A stretch of DNA of 24,000 bases from NCBI GenBank assembly GCA_964445145.1, contig CAYUJY010000001.1, positions 6,127 to 30,126 of the forward strand. Reading direction: 5' to 3'. Below the pieces are notes generated by a model. It did not search any database, was not told the DNA's origin, and was given only the letters and a program-made list of their open reading frames with translations. The DNA comes from an uncultured Peptoniphilaceae bacterium. GTDB lineage: Bacteria; Bacillota; Clostridia; Tissierellales; Peptoniphilaceae. Every line of letters begins with the position of its first letter. Positions within the stretch are counted from its first letter, which is position 1. The translations under genes and the position numbers were made by a program. Shown piece after piece: positions 18,077-24,000 of this stretch.

Positions 18077-19714
18077 ATGAAGAAATTTTTGATATTTTTG
18101 ATTATACTTGCCATGATAGGCGGAGGAGTTTATTACTTTCTCTTTAGGGAAGTATCATCAGATGTATTGTCGAGTGAATATAATGATTTGAGATTTGTTA
18201 GCGAGGGTGACCTAATGGACAAAGACACAGCTGGTGTTCTTGAAGGACAGGTATATTTATCCCTAGATTACATTAAAGAAAACTTAGATCCTGATATTTT
18301 CTATGACGAGAAGGATAAAACAGTAGTGATTACTACTAGTACCCAAGTAAAAAGATATAAGTTAAATGAATTCACTGGTTCTGTAAATGACGTCACTGTC
18401 AATTTAAGAGCCCCAGTTATCGAAGAGAATGACAATATTATGCTACCGATTGAAGTTTTCATCTATGATTATCCTGTAGACTTAAAATATTTGAGCGATA
18501 AAAAATTAATTGTTCTCAATCGAAAAGATAAGGAATATTTAACTGGAAAAATAGTAGTAAACAATTCTATTCTTAGAGAAGGACCAAGCTCTGAGTCACC
18601 TAAGATATCAGAATTACCATCAGATACCGAGGTAATAGTTTATGGTGAAACAGACAAATGGTATAAGGTTAGAGAAGTTGAAGGAAAATCAGGATATATA
18701 AAGAAATCCCATTTGGAACTTTCCCATGAATTTAAAGGGTTTTCCAAAAACTTGGATATTAAAAAGCGTGAAGCTAAAGAAAAAATAAATCTTGTCTGGG
18801 ATTATACCAGCATAAGAACTCAAAATGCAGATAATGTGACAAATATAGTAGGCGTAAATGTTATTTCGCCTACTTGGTTTTCTATTAGGGATGAAAATTT
18901 GGCAATAGACGATAGAAGTAATTTGGAATATGTAAAGGCATATCAAAGTATTGGTAAAAAAGTATGGCCAATGTTTGATAATAATTTCAAAGCATCTTTA
19001 ACGGAACATGCACTATCCACCAGTGATAACAGACAAAAAATTATTAAATCAGTTTTTGACAAATGTATGTACTTAGGTGTAGATGGCATAAATGTCGACT
19101 TTGAAAATATTAATATTTCTGATAGAGATAATTTCACCCAATTTGTAAGAGAATTGTACCCTATATTCAAAGAAGCTGGAATGACTGTAAGTGTCGATGT
19201 AACGCCTAGAATATTTGAGGATATTACAAAGGAACAATATGATAGAAAAAGATTGGCTGATGCAGCTGACTATATAATGCTAATGGCATATGACCAACAT
19301 TGGTCGACAAGTCCTAAGGCGGGTTCAGTGGCGGAATACAAGTGGGTTGAAAGCAATATGAACGTATTGTTCAGATCAATTCCCATGGAAAAGTTCATTT
19401 TAGGTATGCCACTTTATACAAGAATTTGGTTCGACAATGGTGAACGTGTAACCTCACAAAGTGTTGGTATGGCTGAAGCAAATAATTACATTGAAAACAA
19501 TCTGATAAACTTAGAGTGGGACAACCAAGCTAAACAAAATTATGGATCAAAAACTATTAGTGGAAATTTAGTTTCAGTATGGCTAGAAGACCCTTATTCT
19601 TTAAGGGAAAAGACTTCATTGGCAACAAAGTATAATCTTGCTGGTGTGGCGAGCTGGAGGAAAGGATTTGAAACTTCTAATGTCTGGCCTGTAATTGATG
19701 AAGCTTTAGAATAA
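18077..19714 (+). CDS. Membrane-anchored glycoside hydrolase family 18 protein with stalk (copper-amine-oxidase-N-like) and SH3b domains (YdhD/YaaH-like peptidoglycan hydrolase)
   Basis: N-terminal TM helix FLIFLIILAMIGGGVYYFLF. SH3b-like segment (...WYKVREVEGKSGYIKKSHL). GH18 catalytic motif VDGINVDFE. Starts 2 nt after the citC-like stop. Confidence 0.75.
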   Translation: MKKFLIFLIILAMIGGGVYYFLFREVSSDVLSSEYNDLRFVSEGDLMDKDTAGVLEGQVYLSLDYIKENLDPDIFYDEKDKTVVITTSTQVKRYKLNEFTGSVNDVTVNLRAPVIEENDNIMLPIEVFIYDYPVDLKYLSDKKLIVLNRKDKEYLTGKIVVNNSILREGPSSESPKISELPSDTEVIVYGETDKWYKVREVEGKSGYIKKSHLELSHEFKGFSKNLDIKKREAKEKINLVWDYTSIRTQNADNVTNIVGVNVISPTWFSIRDENLAIDDRSNLEYVKAYQSIGKKVWPMFDNNFKASLTEHALSTSDNRQKIIKSVFDKCMYLGVDGINVDFENINISDRDNFTQFVRELYPIFKEAGMTVSVDVTPRIFEDITKEQYDRKRLADAADYIMLMAYDQHWSTSPKAGSVAEYKWVESNMNVLFRSIPMEKFILGMPLYTRIWFDNGERVTSQSVGMAEANNYIENNLINLEWDNQAKQNYGSKTISGNLVSVWLEDPYSLREKTSLATKYNLAGVASWRKGFETSNVWPVIDEALE

Positions 19715-19724
19715 TGCAAAAAAT

Positions 19725-19797
19725 AAATCTAGTTATTATTACTACATTTCATTGACTTTTGGTGTGAAAAGCAGTAGTATTAAACTAGATTTTTTTT
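19725..19797 (+). terminator. Long composite rho-independent terminator closing the lepB...GH18 unit
   Basis: Outer 10-bp stem AAATCTAGTT (19725-19734) / AACTAGATTT (19783-19792). Inner 6-bp stem TACTAC (19740-19745) / GTAGTA (19774-19779). Apical TTTCA/TGAAA pairing. T-run through 19797. Confidence 0.65.
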
Positions 19798-19801
19798 AGG
19801 A

Positions 19802-20434
19802 GTGTATACTATTTTAACAGAGACACACAAGCTCATTGGGACCAAGGTCTATGAGCATATAAATAATTCATATGGGATAGAACTGAACTATGATAAGTTG
19901 GTTTGGGGCTCGATAGCTCCCGATATATTACCTAAATATAAGCTTTATAGACACTACTATGAAAATAGTATCGACTATATAATTCTTAGAATTGCAAAAC
20001 TGATTATTATTAATAGGTTTTTGGACTTCACTAATTGTAATTATATAGATTTAAAAAGCTTTAGTAGGGATATAGGAATAATTTCACATTATTTATCAGA
20101 TTTTACATGTCTAGCACATGCGGATAGATGGACTTTTCTAAAATCTTTAATAAAACATGTAAAATATGAAAATGAGTTAAATGAATATTCAAAAAACCAC
20201 GTATTTGAAATGGGTGTCATCAAGACTGAAGACATAGAAATAGATGAGAATCTATTCAACATGCTTCCTAAGATTAAGCACTATATTGAATCCGTAGTAA
20301 ATGAATATCTTGAAGATGAAAGTTTTGATAGGGATTTGAACTATGCTTTAAATATTAACTTTAAAATATTTGAATTCATCATTGAATCGATACTAGTATA
20401 TAATGGGAATTTGGAACTACAATACAACATATAG
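19802..20434 (+). CDS. Zinc-dependent phospholipase C-fold protein (single domain, no signal peptide)
   Basis: Collinear with Clostridium alpha-toxin N-domain zinc ligands: ETHKLI, GSIAPD, RHYYE, ISHYLSDFTCLAHAD, KHVKYE. Start uncertain: either GTG 19802, which overlaps the SD, or ATT 19811. Confidence 0.65.
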   Translation: MYTILTETHKLIGTKVYEHINNSYGIELNYDKLVWGSIAPDILPKYKLYRHYYENSIDYIILRIAKLIIINRFLDFTNCNYIDLKSFSRDIGIISHYLSDFTCLAHADRWTFLKSLIKHVKYENELNEYSKNHVFEMGVIKTEDIEIDENLFNMLPKIKHYIESVVNEYLEDESFDRDLNYALNINFKIFEFIIESILVYNGNLELQYNI

Positions 20435-20461
20435 CCTCTATCCTCGGATAGGGGTTTTTTT
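20435..20461 (+). terminator. Rho-independent terminator/attenuator immediately upstream of the asnA RBS
   Basis: CCTCTATC (20435-20442) / GATAGGGG (20447-20454), 8 bp including one G-U, 4-nt loop. T7 at 20455-20461, then GGGAGG at 20462-20467. Confidence 0.7.
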
Positions 20462-20472
20462 GGGAGGAAATT

Positions 20473-21459
20473 ATGAATAAGAAAGACTTTACATTAAAAG
20501 AAACGCAAAAAGCAATCAAGTATATAAAAGACGTATTTCAAACCGAACTGTCTAAAGAACTAAACTTAAGCAGAGTTTCGGCACCTTTATTTATTAGACC
20601 AGAAACAGGACTCAACGATAATTTAAGTGGTGTGGAACTACCTGTTAAATTTGCTCTTCGTAAGTATGGAATTCCTGTAGAAATAGTCCAATCACTTGCT
20701 AAATGGAAAAGAAATGCACTTAAGGAATATGGATTTGATTTATACGAAGGAATTTATACAGACATGAACGCCATCCGTCAGGACGAGTATCTAGATTATA
20801 TACATTCCGTGTATGTGGATCAGTGGGACTGGGAACTTCCAATAAAAAAAGAAGATAGGAATTTAGACTTTTTAAAAGATGTAGTAAATAAAATTCACAA
20901 CGTTTTTAAAGTTGTTGAAAACAGTCTAAATGAAAAATATGAAGGTGCTTTTACGAAAAAGATGCCAGACGAAATATTTTTTATAACTGCACAGGAGCTG
21001 GAGGATCTATATCCCAACCTCTCTGCTAAAGAAAGAGAGAGGGAGATAACAAGGAAACACAAGGCAGTATTTTTAAATGCAATTGGAAAGGAATTAAGAT
21101 CAGGAATCCCCCACGACGGTAGAAGTCCGGATTATGATGACTGGGATTTAAATGGAGACATACTCTTTTGGAATCCAATTGCTGAGGATTGTATGGAATT
21201 ATCAAGTATGGGAATCAGAGTAGATGAAGTTTCTCTTCTACGTCAACTGGAGTTGAATGATTCTATGGATAGAATATCAATGAAATATCACCAAGATATA
21301 TTAAATAAGAAACTACCTTACACAGTTGGAGGTGGAATAGGACAATCTAGAATATGTATGTTTTTCTTAGAGAAACAACATATCGGAGAAGTTCAATGTT
21401 CTGTATGGCCAAACTCAGTAATTAGAGAGTGTGAGGAAAAAGGTATAAAGCTTCTTTAA
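20473..21459 (+). CDS. asnA: Aspartate--ammonia ligase (asparagine synthetase A)
   Basis: 328 aa, typical AsnA length. Class-II aaRS-like core recognised (SRVSAPLF, IRQDE, VDQWDWE, GGGIGQSR). Strong SD GGGAGG. Confidence 0.85.
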   Translation: MNKKDFTLKETQKAIKYIKDVFQTELSKELNLSRVSAPLFIRPETGLNDNLSGVELPVKFALRKYGIPVEIVQSLAKWKRNALKEYGFDLYEGIYTDMNAIRQDEYLDYIHSVYVDQWDWELPIKKEDRNLDFLKDVVNKIHNVFKVVENSLNEKYEGAFTKKMPDEIFFITAQELEDLYPNLSAKEREREITRKHKAVFLNAIGKELRSGIPHDGRSPDYDDWDLNGDILFWNPIAEDCMELSSMGIRVDEVSLLRQLELNDSMDRISMKYHQDILNKKLPYTVGGGIGQSRICMFFLEKQHIGEVQCSVWPNSVIRECEEKGIKLL

Positions 21460-21489
21460 TTTAAATCTGATTTTCTTCTTAAATACTTA

Positions 21490-21517
21490 TTACAATCCAA
21501 AGGATTTATAGTATAAT
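21490..21517 (+). promoter_or_regulatory. Sigma-A promoter for the 244-aa orphan gene
   Basis: TTACAA (21490-21495), 16-nt spacer, TATAAT (21512-21517). SD AGGAGG at 21532-21537, GTG 21546. Confidence 0.6.
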
Positions 21518-21545
21518 GTAGTAAGAGTTTTAGGAGGAGAGTTGC

Positions 21546-22280
21546 GTGCTAGCGAATAAGAAAGACAGTGTACAAATTTTAAAATCATTAAAGAAAAAAT
21601 TTCTATACGAGAACGATATAAATAGCATGCACCTATTGCTGAACTTATACGAGATAGAGGATGACTTGGGTAGTATCTACCCGGAATACATATCTTTAGG
21701 TAATCTTAGAAAAAACCTAATGAGATACCTCAGATATAGAAAAGGATATGAGTTAGCTGCAAAGAATCTCGCAGAACTAATTCATGATGACATAAATAGA
21801 TTTGAATTATATATTTATTTAGAGAGTTATAGGGCTGGCTTTAAGTCTACAAAGTATGTAAATCTTGTGGAAAAAACCTTACTTTCTTACATTGATGTAA
21901 ATGTACTTTATACTAAGAAATATTTTCAAAATAATGTACTTAATGATAGTGATTTGGATAAGCATAAGAAGGAATTAAAAGCTACTGTAAAAAAAGAAAT
22001 AGAAAATAATGACAGTTTTAGAAAAGTTACTAACACTTATACAAAAAGAATTATTAGAAACCGATTGTTAGAACTGAACAAATATCTAGACAGACAGTTG
22101 ACCATGGTGGAAAATGAAAAGCGAACTGTCATACAATATGAATCAAAGCCATTTAGAAGAGAAGAATTAATAAATTTATATAGGAAAATCTGTAAAATGA
22201 TGCACGAGGATGCGCTTAGAATTTTTGAAGATGCATATTGGCGTGGATTAATTGATAAGGTGTTAAGTAGGTATAAATAG
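21546..22280 (+). CDS. Hypothetical protein, predicted all-helical, Lys/Glu/Tyr/Asn-rich; no family recognised
   Basis: GTG start 8 nt after a consensus SD. Own promoter and terminator. 244 codons without stops in an AT-rich background. No TM segment or signal peptide. No motif I can assign. Confidence 0.6.
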   Translation: MLANKKDSVQILKSLKKKFLYENDINSMHLLLNLYEIEDDLGSIYPEYISLGNLRKNLMRYLRYRKGYELAAKNLAELIHDDINRFELYIYLESYRAGFKSTKYVNLVEKTLLSYIDVNVLYTKKYFQNNVLNDSDLDKHKKELKATVKKEIENNDSFRKVTNTYTKRIIRNRLLELNKYLDRQLTMVENEKRTVIQYESKPFRREELINLYRKICKMMHEDALRIFEDAYWRGLIDKVLSRYK

Positions 22281-22305
22281 GCTAAGTGAAACTTAGCCTT
22301 TATTT
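22279..22305 (+). terminator. Rho-independent terminator after the orphan gene
   Basis: Perfect 9-bp stem AGGCTAAGT (22279-22287) / ACTTAGCCT (22291-22299), loop GAA, followed by TTATTTAT. Confidence 0.7.
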
Positions 22306-22332
22306 ATGAAAAAATTGAAGGATAGGTACAGT

Positions 22333-22827
22333 ATGAGAATATTGGGGATTGACCCTGGACTAGCCTTGGTTGGATATGGGATAGTTGACGTTAACAATTA
22401 TAACTCAAAAATGGTAGATTATGGTGTAATCGTAACTGATGCAACAGATTCACTACCTGCAAGATTAGAATGTATCTATGAAGTCCTCGATGGGTTGATT
22501 AAGGAATATAAGCCAGAAGAGGTAGCTATTGAAGAACTTTTCTTTAATAAGAATGTGAAGACGGCTATTACAGTAGGACATGCAAGGGGTGTAGAAATAC
22601 TTGCATGCAAAAATAACGGATTGGAAATATACGAATATACGCCACTACAGATAAAGCAGGCGATTACAGGATATGGTAGGGCAGATAAAAGGCAAATCCA
22701 AGAAATGGTTAAAGTGCTACTTAAGCTAGATAAAATTCCCAAGCCTGACGATGCAGCAGATGCCTTGGCTGTGGCAATTACCCATGGAAGTGTTTTACAA
22801 TATAAAGAAATGTATAAAATGAAGTAG
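22333..22827 (+). CDS. ruvC: Crossover junction endodeoxyribonuclease RuvC
   Basis: MRILGIDPGLA... canonical N-terminus with the first catalytic Asp. EELFF and DAADALAVA motifs. The ORF-track start at 22306 lies in the terminator tail with no SD. ATG 22333 preceded by GAAGGA/AGGT is preferred. Confidence 0.9.
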   Translation: MRILGIDPGLALVGYGIVDVNNYNSKMVDYGVIVTDATDSLPARLECIYEVLDGLIKEYKPEEVAIEELFFNKNVKTAITVGHARGVEILACKNNGLEIYEYTPLQIKQAITGYGRADKRQIQEMVKVLLKLDKIPKPDDAADALAVAITHGSVLQYKEMYKMK

Positions 22828-22834
22828 GTGTTGA

Positions 22835-23407
22835 ATGTACGATTTTTTTTCTGGAAGTATAGAAGCAAAGGGAAATGATTTTTTAGTTTTGCTTAATAAT
22901 GGAGTAGGATACAAGATTATGGCTTCCATGAATACCTTAAAGGAGCTGGAGCTCTATTCTGATTATAGAATTTACGTTGAGCTGATTGTCCGAGAGGATG
23001 CTATGTTGCTTTACGGTTTTTTTAGCGAAATGGAGAGAGATATTTATAGATTGTTAACGACAGTGAATGGAGTAGGTCCCAAGGTGGCTTTAGGTCTGTT
23101 ATCAGGACTGGACTTGGGAAGCTTGGTAAATGGAATCAGAAATTCGGATACTAATATCTTAACAAAAGCTCCTGGAATTGGTAAAAAGACAGCAGATAGG
23201 ATTATCTTAGAATTGAGGGATAAGATGGATGGCATTGTCGTTGAAGACTCACTTCCTATGGAAAATACCCTTAGGGATGCAGAGGATGCCCTTTCAAGTC
23301 TAGGATATTCAAGCTTTGAAGTTGTTAGGGTACTAAAAGAAATATACGTTGAGGGAATGTCCCTAGAAGAGATAATTAAATTAGCGTTGAAAAATTTAGT
23401 AAGGTAG
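22835..23407 (+). CDS. ruvA: Holliday junction branch migration complex subunit RuvA
   Basis: 190 aa. OB-fold N-terminus (GNDFLVLLNNGVGYKI). Two HhH motifs (VNGVGPKVAL, APGIGKKTADRI). Position between ruvC and ruvB. Confidence 0.9.
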   Translation: MYDFFSGSIEAKGNDFLVLLNNGVGYKIMASMNTLKELELYSDYRIYVELIVREDAMLLYGFFSEMERDIYRLLTTVNGVGPKVALGLLSGLDLGSLVNGIRNSDTNILTKAPGIGKKTADRIILELRDKMDGIVVEDSLPMENTLRDAEDALSSLGYSSFEVVRVLKEIYVEGMSLEEIIKLALKNLVR

Positions 23408-23415
23408 GTGAATAA

Positions 23416-24000
23416 ATGAACAATGATGACAGATTGATTAGTTCTGTTTCCAGAGATGAGGATTTTGAAATAGAAACAGATCTACGACCAAAATGGCTTC
23501 AGGAATATATCGGACAAGATAAAGCTAAGGAACAATTGAATATATTTATTAAGGCTGCAAAATCCAGAAAAGAACCGTTGGATCATAGTCTACTTTTTGG
23601 ACCACCTGGACTGGGTAAAACTACCTTAGCTCATATAATTGCAAATGAAATGGGTGTCAATATAAGAATTACTTCTGGACCAGCCATAGAAAGACAAGGG
23701 GATTTGGCAAGCATTTTGACCAATCTAAGCAAAGATGATGTGTTGTTCATTGACGAAATTCACAGATTAAATAGATCCGTAGAAGAAATTCTCTATCCTG
23801 CAATGGAGGACTATGCATTGGATATAATAATAGGTAAAGGGCCAACGGCTAGATCTGTTCGACTTGATTTGCCTAAATTTACTTTAATCGGTGCAACGAC
23901 TAGGGCTGGATTATTGACATCTCCACTTAGGGATAGGTTTGGAGTTATGTTGAACTTAGAACTATACGACATAGACAACCTGGTAAAGATTGTAAAAAGA
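23416..24000 (+). CDS. ruvB: Holliday junction DNA helicase RuvB (3'-truncated by window edge; absent from the supplied ORF track)
   Basis: My own translation from ATG 23416 (SD AAGGTAGGTG): [10 protein letters not shown]...[19 protein letters not shown]...[20 protein letters not shown]...LFIDEIHRL...[15 protein letters not shown]. Open for 195 codons to nt 24000. Confidence 0.9.
   Translation, partial: MNNDDRLISSVSRDEDFEIETDLRPKWLQEYIGQDKAKEQLNIFIKAAKSRKEPLDHSLLFGPPGLGKTTLAHIIANEMGVNIRITSGPAIERQGDLASILTNLSKDDVLFIDEIHRLNRSVEEILYPAMEDYALDIIIGKGPTARSVRLDLPKFTLIGATTRAGLLTSPLRDRFGVMLNLELYDIDNLVKIVKR

Noticed and set aside
20435-20472. T-box or other riboswitch leader upstream of asnA (and of alaX at 9630-9709)
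   Set aside because: The intergenic spaces are 38 nt and ~70-80 nt, far too short for a T-box (~200+ nt). No specifier/T-box sequence or conserved riboswitch core was seen.
22306-22332. Upstream ruvC start at 22306 (MKKLKDRYS...)
   Set aside because: This ATG sits in the U-tract of the preceding terminator with no SD. RuvC proteins normally begin M(R/I)ILGIDPG, matching ATG 22333, which has a purine-rich RBS.
22476-22868. 130-aa antisense ORF over ruvC and the ruvA start
   Set aside because: Opposite a canonical RuvC gene. The Ser/Leu/Ile-rich sequence has no recognisable motif and no RBS. A chance open frame.
707-23235. Remaining short antisense ORFs in the track (707-940, 993-1202, 4579-4815, 5719-5907, 14153-14365, 14628-14843, 15224-15406, 16680-16874, 18689-18946, 18943-19170, 23044-23235)
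   Set aside because: All 60-85 aa, and all nested antisense within confidently assigned genes. None has an SD-ATG arrangement or recognisable motifs.
1-24000. CRISPR arrays, tandem repeats, IS elements, tRNA/rRNA genes
   Set aside because: By-eye scanning of all intergenic regions (the longest is 181 nt, at 13341-13521) found only promoters, RBSs and hairpin terminators. No repeat-spacer periodicity or cloverleaf-capable sequences. A computational repeat, tRNAscan or Infernal pass would be needed for certainty.

Overview
AT-rich, low-GC Firmicutes-type (Clostridia/Tissierellia-like) chromosomal segment, gene-dense and almost entirely housekeeping. In order: the 3' part of a MATE efflux gene; a four-gene operon (degenerate PfkB-like protein, Mre11/SbcD-like nuclease, Rad50/SMC-like ATPase with a central transmembrane hairpin, second metallophosphoesterase); ppsA; a convergent alaX-type editing gene (-); comEC-holA; rpsT (-); lepB-lepA-hemW-citC-like-GH18 hydrolase; a zinc phospholipase-C-fold protein; asnA; a 244-aa orphan with its own promoter and terminator; and ruvC-ruvA-ruvB (ruvB cut by the window end and missing from the ORF track). 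I found no tRNA/rRNA, CRISPR array, transposase, integrase or obvious repeat family. Composition looks uniform by eye, and the comEC-holA-rpsT...lepA-hemW backbone matches conserved Firmicutes synteny. I therefore do not see a convincing novel system. The best candidate is the translationally coupled module at 1355-5959, a YhaO/YhaN (SbcF/SbcE)-like nuclease-ATPase pair with two extra partners. Secondary points are the 244-aa orphan before ruvCAB, an apparently leaderless comEC, an orphan citC-like ligase, a start-codon problem in the PLC-like gene, and terminators lying directly against the next gene's ribosome-binding site. All functional calls rest on motif recognition by eye; no database search was run.
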